In this document: positions 38,370 through 50,909 of the stretch, in pieces
How positions within the stretch are numbered: position 1 is the first letter of the stretch
Layout of the letters: each line of letters begins with the position of its first letter
Source of the DNA: Vicugna vicugna
Taxonomy: Eukaryota
Direction of reading: 5' to 3'
Length of the DNA: 64,000 nucleotides
Assembly (NCBI GenBank): GCA_013265495.1
Contig: MU061578.1
Location: 2,427,308-2,491,307, forward strand
Made by a program: the position numbers and the translations under genes
Notes under the pieces: generated by a model
What the model was told of the DNA's origin: nothing
Databases searched by the model: none
Seen by the model: only the letters and a program-made list of their open reading frames with translations

Positions 38370-38720
38370 ATCCCCATGGAAGGCGTATTGAAACAGACCC
38401 GCAGTCCTCACACCCACAGTCTCTGAGTCAGTAGGTCTGGGATGGAGCCCAGGAATTTGCAGTTCCAACCAGCTCCCAGGTGATGCTGATGCTGATGGTC
38501 CAGGGACCACACTTACAATTTTTAACTCTGACAACACATGAGAATTGCAGGGAATCTTTAAAAAAATACCAACGTCAGGTCCCTCTCTAGACCAATCACA
38601 TCAGAATCTCTGACTATGGGACTTGGACATGGTTGTTTGCTTTTTGTTTTGTGCTCTCCTTGTGTGTTTTAGAGCTCCCTGGGAGATTCTAATTTGCAGC
38701 TAGGCTTGAGAACAACCAAG
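38370..38720. mobile_element. Two adjacent MER5 elements
   Basis: tctgagtcagtaggtctggg...agctcccaggtgatgctgatgctg; atcagaatctctg...ttgagaac. Confidence 0.75.
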
Positions 38721-38899
38721 CTACAGGATATGTGTAGGGCAAGAGCTGTCCTCAGGGATTGGGCACCCGTACTGGCTTTGGCCACCCACAGTAGCAGTTT
38801 GAGAATGACCTGGGGCATCCTCCCCCACGCGAGGGTAAGCTCAGGGCTGCCTGATAGGACAGCTCCTAGGGCTCATCTGAGAGGTATGTAAATGCCAAG

Positions 38900-39350
38900 C
38901 GAAGCTCAGTGAGGATTCATTAGAGTAGCTGGGCAGAGCAGTTGCTGATCTATTTTCATTGCTGTAAAAATTCCATTGTATAAATATACTACAGTGTTTT
39001 TACCCACTCACTGTCGCTGATTCGGGGCCACTATGAATAGTGCTGCTATAAACATTCTAGTACACATCATTTGGTGAATGTATATATGCATTTCTTGTGG
39101 GCAAAAGCCAAATATAAAAAGAACGTGTACCATGTAACTGCATTTATAGGACGTTGAAAACACCTGAAATTAACCAAGAGCCTTTGAAGTGAGACCTCGC
39201 TGGGGAGGGTAAGTGCTGGGGAGAGCTGTGGCTCTGGGTGCTGATGTCCCACAAAGTCTCTCTGTGATAATTCATCAAGCTGTACTCTTGAGACTGGGTG
39301 CCTTTCAGTATATACTTCAATTTTAAAAAAAAGTTTATTAAAAATAAAAC
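38900..39350. mobile_element. Old L1 (L1ME/MC-like) 3' end with inverted 5' segment
   Basis: 38900-39100 is L1 antisense and 39102-39350 is L1 sense ending in an A-rich tail. Confidence 0.65.
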
Positions 39351-39714
39351 ACTCGCACTGCAGAGGCAGGTGCACTGCCAGCATGTGGCCTGCAGGGGGT
39401 GCCGCCACCTCATGAACTCTGCTCTCCCAGCTCCCGTCTGGAATCTGGCTGGTCAGGCCTCCTTGAAGTTTCAGAGCTCGCTGAAGAGCAGCAAATGCTC
39501 TGGGATCACAGGCAAGAGTGCCCACAGGAGCCCCGGTAAGACCTGGCCACACTCACCTCCCCCAGCCCTCAGCTCAGCACCACAACAGGCTGGAAATTTT
39601 GTTCTCAAAAGCACTCAGCATCCCAAAGCAGTCCTACCTGGAAGAGAGCTCAGGATAGCAACGTTTCCAGGGCCCTTCTCCTCTCTACCTCTCCGAGGCC
39701 TCACACACACACAG

Positions 39715-39900
39715 AGGAGCACTGTGGTTAAGAGTCGGGGCAACCCAGGTTCAATCCTTGGCACTGCCATTGCCAGTTGGGTGACCTTGAACAAAGCACT
39801 TAAGCTCGGTTTCCTGTTCTGTAAAAGGAGGTGGTGATACTGCCCACCTTGTGGGGTTGTGGTGTCTGGCTCAGAACATAATCAGTAGCTGTTATCCCTA
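39715..39900 (+). mobile_element. MIR SINE
   Basis: gtggttaagag...gtgaccttgaacaa...tttcctgttctgtaaaa. Confidence 0.75.
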
Positions 39901-40469
39901 CCAAACGGAACTAGACAATACCAGCAGAGTGATCACAGAAGGGCAGTAGGAATCCATCTCCTTAGACCCATTCAGCCCTGCCTCCTGGAGAAACTAAGGA
40001 CAAGTTCATGCCAGGCCAGTGACTGCAGCTCATGGACTTCTGATCTGAGAGGTAGTGGCCAAGGTCAGCCCGGCCTTGGGCAGCACCAAGATCGGCAGCA
40101 GTTGGAAATAATAGCTCAGGCCAGGGGCTGACCTCCTTCCAGATGCTCTGGGCTTTGAGATGTCCTAAGATTCAGCACTTACAGTGCCAAGAATGTTGGC
40201 GGCTATCTGGAATGCCGGGGTCTGGTAGAGGGAAAACGCCGGCGTGGGAGCCCTCTGATTTCCACATCCCAGCTCTGGTACCTCATTAGCTGCACAGCCC
40301 TGAAATAACTATATGACCCCTCAGAGAGCCATCTGTTTCCCAGGAAGATCACCCCTCTTATAAGATTGACTTGAGAGCCAAGTGCAGTCATTGTCAGACA
40401 TCTGGCACATGATGGAGCTCAAGGGTGCTGCCTCCCCCTCCTCTGGGTGGGCTCTGAGCTCAAGAGATA

Positions 40470-41215
40470 ATGATGATAGCAACATAATAATACCAGCTCA
40501 TAGGTGAGGACGTACTCCAGGCATGATAGCCCTACAAGTAGGCAGCATTGTCTCCATTTTCGAGACAAGGAAATTGAGTCCTCAGACAAGGAAAGACAAG
40601 GACGTTATCTTGCCCAAAGTCACATGGCCAGTTAGGGCTAAAAGTTGGATTTGAACCCAAGTCTGTCTAGTTTCAAAACTGCTTTTTACCCACCTGGCTG
40701 TATTAGAACTTAAGCCACTGTCTCATTCCAGCCCTCAGGGGAAAGCCCTTGGCATTGAGAATGTTTACACCCAATTCCTTGTCCTCTATCACCCTCCCAA
40801 GGAAGCTAACAACTCTCATCTCACGACATGGTCCCTTGACTCTTCACCTTAAGTGCAGAATTGAGCACAGTCAAGTGAGAGGATAGGGGAGGTCAGAAAA
40901 GAAAGTTGTATGAGGCTATCAGTGGCCCAGGACTCCCATAATGCAGAAGGGCCCCAACCTTCTCCCTCTTCTGCCCACAGAGCTCTGGTGTCGGTCAGAG
41001 CTGGAGATCAGGCCTGCCTCTGCCACTTACTAACAGTGTGACTTCAGGAGAAGTAGGTGACCCCTCTGTACTATGGTGTTCTCACTCATGGAAGTGCAAA
41101 TAATGCTGGAAATAGAAACTACTAGAAAATGTCCTTGCAAGGACTAAATGAGGCAATGTGTTTGAAGTGCATGGCGAAGTACTGGCCTATAAGTCAGCAC
41201 TTGAGTTTTAGCTAG
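40470..41215. mobile_element. MIR SINEs (40470-40705 minus; 40990-41215 plus)
   Basis: cttgcccaaagtcaca...ggatttgaacccaagtctgtct; ctctgccacttactaacagtgtgact. Confidence 0.7.
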
Positions 41216-41502
41216 TACATCACCATCAGCCTCACCACATAATTCTCCGTCATCCTCGTCATTACCAACATCATCCATTATCATCAGCATCACCACCACC
41301 ATCACCATCATCACCTTCTTTTTCATCACCATCATCCCCTGTTATTTTATCACCAACATTATCCATCATCACCGTCATCACCACCATCATCATCACCATC
41401 ACCATCATTATCCTCCATCATCCCCATCACCAACATCATCCCCACCATCCCCCATTATCATTGCCAACATCTTCCATTATCGTCACCAACACTATTATCA
41501 TT
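41216..41502. repeat. Imperfect (CAT/CAC)n trinucleotide repeat
   Basis: catcaccatcatcacc... read directly over ~290 bp. Confidence 0.92.
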
Positions 41503-41929
41503 TCAAGGAGATAATGCCTATCGAAGGCATAGCTCACTGAGAACAAGGAGAAGTGTAATAAAGCTTCCCTTGCTCACAAGGCATACACGAGTTCTGGTAT
41601 GTTGGAAGACATAACAATTATCCCTGTCTTGCTCTTTAGACTCCACGTGCCATTGTCTCAAGCACACAAGAGAATCCCAGGGATAGTAAGGCTTTAATAC
41701 CTCCACTTCCTAGGAATACAGCTTCTGGACCTCCCAGGACAGTGACCAGGCCCAGCCCCTCCAGATCTGAGTTTCTAGGAAAGAGAAAAGGGCCCAAGTC
41801 CACATCATCCTTGGGTTCCCCCCAATAATCCAGAGTGACCTAGAACTGATCCATGCTGCCAGGTCCTGCAAGATCTATGACTCTCATATAGTCTTTGGTT
41901 CCCTTCTCTCTGTTTATCCACATCATTCC

Positions 41930-42490
41930 CTCATCCATTAAAAAAATAAATAAATGAGCATCTTCCCCTCCCCAAGCCCTGTGCTAGAAACTCAGGAACC
42001 TGTACAGAACAAGATGGTCCTTATCCCCACCCTCAGGGAGCCTTCAGTCCAGGGGGGCAATGGGACACTAGACAGATAATCATAGCTGTAGTTACAGTTG
42101 CAATGGGCTTCAGGGGAGAAAACAGGGAGCTCTGACAGCACGTAAGGTGCAGCCTGACCTAACTGAGGAACTCCAGGAAGGCTTCCCTGAGGAAGTGACA
42201 ACAAAGCTGAGCCCTGAATGATGACTAGGAATTCTAACAATGAAAGGACAGGGAGAAGTTGGAGGAAAGCACTCTGAGAAGAAGAATAAGCTAGTGCAAA
42301 GGCCTGGAGGCATTTGGTGAACTGAATCTCCACTGAGGCAAGAGTGCTTAAGGATAAAGAGAAAGAGGTCTGCAAGAAGGCTGACAGGATCAAGGGGATT
42401 CTGACTTTGCTGGGTTTATTAAGCCAAGTAAAGGAGCCTTGGATTTTATTCTTAAGTTCCTGGAAGCCATTATCCTGGAAGCCATTAAAG
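41930..42490 (-). mobile_element. L2 3' region
   Basis: caggaaggcttccctgaggaagtgac...gtgcaaaggcctggagg...ttggattttattctt. Confidence 0.8.
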
Positions 42491-43279
42491 AAAAACTTAA
42501 GAGAAACAAAAACTGCCTTAGTCTTACCAGTGCTTGCTTCATGCTCAGAAAGGAGAAGGACATTTAGTCCTGACCAATGTCCTCTCTATCTCCTGGGAGT
42601 GATCCAAGTAAAACCAGAAGTGAACTCACTCTCAGAGAGAGAGAGAACACTGACAGGCTGGTCAAGTTGACTGGGGGAGAAAGAGTCATTCCAGGTACCT
42701 CCCTGAGCAGAGCATCGTTTCCTCCAAATCAAGAAGACCTGACAGATAACTGCAGTTGGGCATTCCATGCACCTGCTGCCATCTGCCCAAACCTTCTTTC
42801 CTCCAGCTTCCTCGCCTGCCCATGCCAGGGAGTCCACTGTTCACCCCAAACAGTGATGGTGTTGAGCACTGATGTCTGCCAGGAATGCAGGCCCTCCTTG
42901 GGACCCGTGGCTCCACTCTCCTTGCTCAGAGGACAAGACATCCACACTGGAGGTCAGATGGAGAACAAGAAGCTTCATGGAGTCCACCTTGTCCCTCCCT
43001 TCAAATGGTCTCTCTCCATCATGGGCAGTTTCAGGAAGTAAGCAGACCCTGGATGGAGCTCAAAAGTTAGCCTCCACCACTTTGACAGCCCTGCAGTCAA
43101 GTCTCTGTCACTGAGACCTCCTCGCCGGGAGGCAGTCTGAGTTGCAGGGCATTTTTATAAGGTTTCAAGTGTTATTACTTTAAAGATTGGCTGGAATAAA
43201 GCAGTTTCTTAGAGGAAGAGCTTCAGGCAAGGCAAAAGAATTGGTAAAATTAGAATAAATTATTGGGAAACAGAGAGAA

Positions 43280-43800
43280 GGGAAACTAGCTCATACTGAA
43301 TTCCTGCGAGGAGCTGGGTACTCTGCATGTGCTGCCTCTTTCAAGTCTCACACTAATCCTATGACATAAGAACTATGATCATCTCCATTTTTCAGATGGA
43401 GAAAATTAGATCCGAGAGGATAATTACATCCCTCAGGTCACAGTCGTAAGCAGCAGAGAAGGAACCTGAACACAAATTCTACCTGGGTCCCTAACCTATG
43501 TACATCTGTGTGTTCCCACAAACGGTGCACACTCACTTCTAAAGTTCTTGACAGTGTTTAAGGAAACTCCTTAAAATCATTCAAGGATAATGGAGCCTCA
43601 TGGTTAAAAACCTGGACTTCACAGTCAGACAGCGTAAGCAAGTTACCTAACCTCTGTAAGCCTTGAACCATCTGTGAAATGGAGAGAAAGGTACTTCCCT
43701 CCTTGAGTTATAATGAGGAATAAATTTTAAAATCCATCTAAGTCCCTGATCATGATACCCAGCATTTGGTATGTGCTTACTATTTATAGTATTGTTATTA
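43280..43800. mobile_element. Two MIR SINEs
   Basis: ccatttttcagatggagaaa...ggtcacag; tggttaaaaac...caagttacctaacctctg. Confidence 0.7.
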
Positions 43801-43830
43801 TTTTAAGCACATCATCATTTACTCTAAGTA

Positions 43831-44361
43831 TTGTAGGCAACCCCCAAGATGGTCCCCAATTATCTCTGCCTCCTGGTATTCACACCCTCATAGAACCCCC
43901 TCCACTTAAGTGTAGGCTGGACTTACTGATTTGCTTCTAATGAAAGGAATAAAGCAGAGGCAATGAAATGTGACTTCCAAGGTTAGGTTACAAAACACTG
44001 CAGCTTCTGTCTTAGGGGCCCTCTCTCACTATCGGAAGCTGGTACCCTGTGAGTTCCCCTCTGGAGGGGTCCCTATGTGAAGGAATTAATGTTTCCAGCC
44101 AACAGCCAGCAAAGACCTGAGGCTCTCACCCAACCAGCATCCGGTGTGAGTCTAGAAATGGCTCCTGCCCAGTGAAGCTTCAAGATGACTGCAGCCCTGG
44201 CTAGCATCTTGACTGCAGTCTGTGAGAGATCTTGAAGTAGAGCCCCTGTGAAGCCACTGCACAGCTCCTGACCCACAGAAGCCGTGAGATGATAAATGCT
44301 TGTTGTTTTCAGCCACAACATTTTGGGGTAATTTGTTACATGGCGCTGGATAACTAATACA
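43831..44361 (+). mobile_element. MLT1F-like solo LTR
   Basis: ctcctggtattcacaccc...gactgcagccctggct...ctcctgacccacagaa...gtaatttgttaca...ataactaataca. Confidence 0.88.
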
Positions 44362-45988
44362 TTCATCCATATTTGTATTCACTCAACAGGCTTGTGCTTT
44401 ATCAACAGATCTGAAGGTAAATTTCAGAACTGATCCTGCCTGGAGCATTAGGAAAGACAAATTGGCATATTCAGAAGTAGTGAGGGGCACTGTATTTCAC
44501 ACTTCAAAGCATGGAGCCTGACAGCCAAGACGGCCACACAGACAGGAACCTGTCGGTCTACAAGATGAAATCTGAAAGGTATGGAAACCGGAGACAAGTA
44601 GATCTGAAGGAGCTGTGGAAATCTAAAGCAACGCTACTGTGTTATAAGCAGGGATGAAAACATGCTTTATAGGATTAGCCAAGCAAGGTTTCCTCTAGGG
44701 GCATCTGGGGCCAGACTTGGGAAAGAGTGGTGATCACAGATCAGCAGAGACCAGGTGTGTCTTGATGGACTAGTGATGTCTGCCAAGAGCATTTGGTGGC
44801 ATGGACATCACGTTTGGACCCCTGCTATTGGTGCTTCTAGAATGACTCCAGAATGAAAGGTGACTATACCCTCATTGTAGAACCCCAAGCCATATAGGAC
44901 TCTGAACTCTGACAATGGGAATATGTGCGTCAATCCCCCCTCCAAATCATGCTTTGTAAAATGTTTTAAGGACTCCCCTACGGAGGGCCACAGACGTGAA
45001 GGCTCTTGCTGAGTTTAGAACTCTGTGACACTGTGTGACCAATTTCATTGACTGTGATAGATGACAGGTTGTATCTGCCCTATACGATCAATTCTCAGAG
45101 AAAATTCAAAAGCAAAGAACCAGAAGAGGGTCTTCTGACCCACAAGCTACTTACAGTCCCTGAAGAACAATGATTCTCACCTTCCATTTGTCCTTCAGGA
45201 CCTTGAGAATATCCCTCTCCTAGGAGCCCACTCAGCCCAAAGATTGCTCCTTCCTGTTCCCAGGAACAGCTGTTTGCCAGAGGCCTCTCAAAGGGTAGTT
45301 CATGCACATTTCAAAGCAGGAATGGCACAAGTGCTCCCATACTCTTCCCTGTGCCCTTGACAGGCATTCTTAATGGATCAAGATATCCTTTCTTAATGAA
45401 CCTGGGTGTGGTTTCAGAATCCGTGTACACACAGCACTTCCAGCATTGCCTACAATCCATCAGCGTCTGCATGGAGATTAGATTTGAATCAAATACCCAC
45501 TTTGTCTTCCTTCCTGGCTCACAAGCTGAGTTTTGTACCGAGCAGCCCTGGCTCTCTTTCCTCCACTGGCTCACCCATGAGAAGTTGCACCGCACCAGCC
45601 AGTCCTGGCTGGGCTCCAAGAGGCAGGAAAAACAGCCAAACACACATCTGCCCGTCTTCTCCGCAGCCTGGGAGGCAAACTCTTTGCTTCCAAGTGCAGC
45701 ATGAGGTGTAAGATTCCTTTAGCATCCAGGTGCACCAGGCACAGGAAAGTCATCCGTGTTCGTAGCCTGGGAAGCAATGAAGTCCAAGCTGCCCACCCCA
45801 GGCACTTTGCAGCCCACCTGGGCCAGCTGCCTTGTAGGCGCTGGGTCTCCAAAAGAGACAGGCAGAGGCATTGTGATGGTGAAGAGTGATTTCCCAAGGG
45901 CTTGTCATGTGATCACCATAGTGAAATTTGCTAGTGTAGGATCTTACCTGGGACAGGTGCCCTTGTCACCACCACCTAAGAGGACAGC

Positions 45989-46378
45989 TGTCATGGGCTG
46001 CATTGTGCCCCCTTCAAAATTCATATGTTGAAGTCCTTACCCTCCAGGACCTCAGAATGTGACTACTTGGAGATAGGCTCTTTAAAGAGGTAATTAAGGT
46101 AAAATGAGGTTAAATGGGTAGGCAGTAATCAATATGTCCTTAAAAGAAGAGGAGATTAGGACACAGACAAACACACAGAGGGACGTCCACGTGAGGACAC
46201 AGAGAGAAGAGAAGACAGCCACCTACAAGCCTAGGAGAGAGGCCTTAGAAGAAAACAACCCTGCGACAGCCTTTACCTCGGACTTCCAGTCTCCAGAACA
46301 ACGAGAAAATGTGTATCTGTGGTTTAAGCTGCCCAGTCTGTGATTAATCCGTTACAGCAGCCCAAGCAAAGTGATACA
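45989..46378 (+). mobile_element. MLT1B solo LTR
   Basis: tgtcatgggctg...aaattcatatgttgaagtcc...tttaagctgcccagtctgtg...gataca. Confidence 0.9.
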
Positions 46379-46879
46379 AAGGCCGAGCAAGAAGTTTCAG
46401 CCTCAGGAGGTACACAGTATCTTCCTTTTCCAGGAAACAGCAACTGGCCAAGATCAAGAAGACAGACACACAGCTGGGTGGTAATCACATCCTTGGGAGC
46501 TGAGAACGTGTTTCCATGGCAGTTGTTGTAGGGAACAGTTGAGAGATTCAAACCAGCATGTCTGGTTGTCAGCTGTAAGCTCGCTACTGAGTTGGGTGAG
46601 GAGGCTTAGTTTAAGACCCCAATCTGGCCTTAGATGACACCAGTACAATGAGGGAGCCAGACAAGAAAAAAAAATCCAGCTCAACGTGGAAAGTATCACC
46701 AGGGAAAATTGCAAGTGTAATACAGAGAAACAGCAGACGAAGTCCTCCACTCCCAACAGTGAGCATCTTTGAATATTTTTAGACTTAATCGACTTGGGTG
46801 GGGAACCAGGCACTGACATTCAATGATATGATTGCGTATGCGGCTACCACCATCATGAAGTGTACTTCTGCAATATCGA

Positions 46880-47450
46880 TTGGAATTTAAAACGCTCTGA
46901 CCTTTGACCGAGCCGTTCCACCTTCAGGGATATAGTCTATATGGATTTCCTTGCAGAATACAGCAAGGTGCATGCACAAAGATATTCACTGAAATATTGT
47001 TTCTAAGAGCAAATTGGTGGAAATAGCCTAACTGTCAAGATCAAACAAATCATGGCACAGGCAGAAGATGACATGTTAAACAGCCATCGTGAAGAAAGGA
47101 CTAGAACTGTGTGTGCTAACAGAGAAAGAGCTCCAAGATACGAGAAAAATAAATCAAGTCACAAAGGAGTGTTCTGTGTGACCGCTTCGGTATCCGTGTT
47201 TAAGGCTACTACATACTTTCACACATACACAGCCTTAGATCATCTTTCTGGAAGGAATTCAGGGACTCACTGGGAAGTAGGACTGGCTGGGCTGGGGGAC
47301 CAAGGGAAAAGGCACTTTGTGCCTTTCTGTCCCATGTGAATGGCCTAACCGAGTATATTTTTAATGTCAGCAGGAGTTACCTAAGTGATGAAATCAACAA
47401 ACATTTTTGTTTTCTTCTTTATACTTGTATTTAGAGAAACAAAGTTGTAG
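46880..47450 (+). mobile_element. Very old L1 (L1ME-like) 3' fragments
   Basis: cctttgacc...gcacaaagatattcactg...tagcctaactgtc. Confidence 0.55.
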
Positions 47451-48384
47451 GTGTGTCTTTTTTTTTTTTAATCTATATGTGATGTACAGCTGGGAGAGGT
47501 AGTTTCTAGATGTGTAACAGGTATGCAGGTGCTTTTATCTCAACTTCCTTAGGGCCTTTGAGGGAGATTAGGAGAAAATCCCCCGTGGGCTTCAACCAGT
47601 GGTCAAACGCTTCAATACACATCATTAACAATTCTGCGAAGCACAGAGGGGATTTCTTTTGTGTTTCTCTCTTGAAAGGAAACCAGATCACAAGTTACTA
47701 TGTGAATCTCAGGCAGTTCCCACTCTCTGGGGAGGACCCAGGCACTGGAGCATCTGAGCAGCCTCAGCCCCAACAGGCCTGGGCATGGAAACTACCTCTT
47801 GACTGGAGAAAGATGGGTCTGTGGACAGGGTCAATCTCCTGACGTCCTGGTGATGGAGCTGGAGGATGGAGAGAGAGAAACAGAGGAAGGAAAGGACCCC
47901 AGACATTGAGAACCAGTCTCTGCCTCTGCATTTGGGCAAAACGCCTGGTGGAAAGTCAACTTCTGGCCATGGAAAGTTTCAGGAAACCCGACTTTCTCTG
48001 TCCACCATAAATGCAGGTAACAGGGGTGGAGTGATTCTAAGGAAACAGTGCCACACCTACAGCTCAGCCTCTAGGCACGGATCTGGTTTGAGGGGTGGGG
48101 GGCACCCTTTGGAATCAGAGTCCTAAGCTCAAGTTGCATCTCTACCCTCTCCTAGCTGTGTGGCCTCAGACAAGTCACTTAACTTTTCTGTGCTTAAAGT
48201 CCTTGTTCTAGGGGAGGAGATGAGCAACAGACTTGACAGTCAAATAAAAACACCCAGATTTGACAAGTACCATAAAGGAAATCAAACAGATGCTGTAACA
48301 GAGAAGAACAGGGGTCAGGGAGGTCTCTCTGAAAACATGGCATTTAAACTGTGACTTCATTTATATGTAATGGAATGAGCCATG

Positions 48385-48810
48385 TCTTGCCCATCATATG
48401 AGCCAGGGTTCCAGGAGGCAACAGATGGCACACTCGAATTAGGATAATTTGAGAAGAATTTAATAAAGGGACTGTTTACAAAGGTGTGGGTAGGGGCAAG
48501 GGCGACCACCAGAGTACTCAGGGGCTAGTAACCATGGAATTCCAGGCTCTGCACAACGCCTGAGCCTGAACACAGACAGAGAAGGTTGCCTGCTGTCTTA
48601 ATTTAGGACTACTGTAGCCCATGAGAGGGAGCAGGATCTGTAAATGCCCTGCCCTCTCCTCCCTCCTCTCATAAACTGCCATGGCTCTCTATTGCCCAAA
48701 CCCAACCAGAAGCCAGTGGGCAAGGGAGCCTGGGACTGTGGTCTACAGAGGGAAGTCTCCCAGGGCACAGCAAGGGTAAAGAGCAGTGGGGGGATCTGGA
48801 CAGAGAGGCT
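48385..48810 (-). mobile_element. ERVL-class LTR (LTR16/LTR33-like)
   Basis: atggcacactc...tttaataaagggactgtttacaaaggtgtgg...aaccagaagccagtgggcaagggagcc. Confidence 0.6.
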
Positions 48811-50225
48811 GATGCCATCTATCCATCCATCCTTCTGTACATCTGAATCTCGCGCTGGCGCCTCAAAGTTCACTGGTACTTCTAATCCCGCACTCATAAG
48901 ACCCATGAGAATTACCTTGTGTATGTTTTATGTGTGTCTGTTTAACTTTAAATGCTCAATGATTTGCTACAGATACACTTCTTCGTGCAAGGGGCTTTCA
49001 CCGTCTAGAGCTTTAGACGTTCCAAGTAATCGATAATACTGCAGCTCTGGCTCCAAATTAAATAACTGCACATTTATTACCCATTACTGGAAGGCACACC
49101 GGGAACTCTACTGCCAGCAGCACACAACCCCATAAATGCTCACAGCCTTCCCTCCTTCTGATGGACAATGTGAAGACCGCCCCACTTTTAGAAATCAAAC
49201 TCCCTTTGCTAGTCTAACCTAAATTGGGATGAAAAACGCCAAGACTCTGAAATTTACTCCACCAAGCTGAGCCTCCAGGGAGGAGGTAACATTTGGCTGT
49301 GGAATCAGGAATGTTTGGCTGCCTCTCTGTCACCTACTCTTTCAAGGGAGGTAGGGATGCAGAATTTCAGTTCCATGGGTTGTGGATTCCTTACTCCTTC
49401 TGTACTGATCTGTTGAAAGTGGGAAAATCAGGCTGGCCACCAGGATGTGCAGTGAGCAGCGAGGGGAACTACATTTGGGTTGGATGAGCCGATCTTTCCA
49501 TCACCACCCTTCTGCCTGAGCTGACGGAAAATGTCACACTAACGGCTGGGGAAGGACAGCAGGGCCTGAGCCAGAAATTCCCGTCAGCGACAAGACACAT
49601 CGTTTTGCAACTTTGTGTCTCTAGGGAGCCCATTCTGCATCAGAAAGCTGTGAAGCAGTCACATGAGGAGTAGCCGTAAGGAATCCATCCTGAGACACGA
49701 GGAGCCCATGAAAGAGGGGAGAGTTCAGTATCACATGTACCCCAACTCCCTGATACAGAGCTCGCAATTAGGGAGAACAAAGAGGCAGTGACTGGGAACC
49801 AAAAAAAAAAATCCAGAGAAAATCAGAACTAACTCCATTAGCTGTCCCATCCCTACTCAGCATCTCGTAGATTAAGAGAAACAGCCAGTGCAATTACTTC
49901 AATCACATATGCAAAGTAAGACCGGTTCCCAAATTAGAAGTGACAGTCTGGGCCACCTGGAAGGGAAGACACCCTGGCCCCAGGAAGGGGGCTGAGCATT
50001 CCTCTCCTGGGTCTTTGGGTCTTTGCTTGGTAGTGAGGTGATCATAATCAAAATCACTGTCACCTTCACCAGCACCGCCATCATCACCAAATCTGACAGT
50101 GTAAAGACATACAGGAAATCTTTTCCGTCTCCCTAAAACTGGCTCTCGGGCCCACAGACAAGCAGGTATCAAGTACCCACATGTTAGGAGATATTCCCTT
50201 AAAAGCGTGTATGGTCAACGCATAC

Positions 50226-50257
50226 CATGAGATATGAAAGGTGCTGGCCGATAAGCC
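50226..50257 (-). other. Candidate 32 nt exon of an unidentified transcript
   Basis: Minus strand: ctaat (branch-like) ttggtttcttccctgcag|GGCTTATCGG...CTCATG|gtatgc. Confidence 0.3.
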
Positions 50258-50909
50258 CTGCAGGGAAGAAACCAAATTAGCTTTGTTCTCCACACTTAGA
50301 AGACCACAGTAACATGACCACCACCTTTAAAAAAAAAAAAACCTGCTCTGAGCACTTAACACTATGAACACCCTACACAACAAATGAGGGGCACACAGCT
50401 TAAAGTTTATGGTTCCCAACCTTGGCTGTACATTGGAATCACCTGGGAAGTTTTCAAAGCTACTAACTCCTGAGTCCCACCTCAGTGTAGATGAGCAAGC
50501 AGTGTAGATGGTGGCCAGCTTGTCAGCTCGAGACCTGCCATGTCTGCTTGAGATCATACCTAGTGCTTCACCACCACACCCCCAAACAGAGCCAACACCA
50601 CAAAACACTAACAAGAAATGCACATTTTGCTGAACCATTCACAGGGTGATGGGAAGGGGAAAATGTTGCACATAACAGTGCAGAACTTCCCAACAGTTCC
50701 CTTCCACAATCTCTGATCTGCCCCCAAACTTTTCCTCCAAATGGTAGCTGCTTTGTGTCTCTTTTCCCTTCTTCTTCTATTGCTCTCTCTGCCCAGCAGT
50801 CTCTAAACCTTTATTACCCTAACCAATTCCCTTTTGAATCCAAGCTTATACAACCCACTCGGTACAAACAGTCCTGCAGGTAGCTCAACAGCAGTGCTCT
50901 GTTCTTACT

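Noticed and set aside
39067..39837. 161 and 179 aa ORFs
   Set aside because: They run through L1 and MIR remnants; no coherent protein.
44649..44823. Possible small hAT MITE (caggg...cccctg)
   Set aside because: Only 5 bp of terminal match and no TSD; family not recognised.
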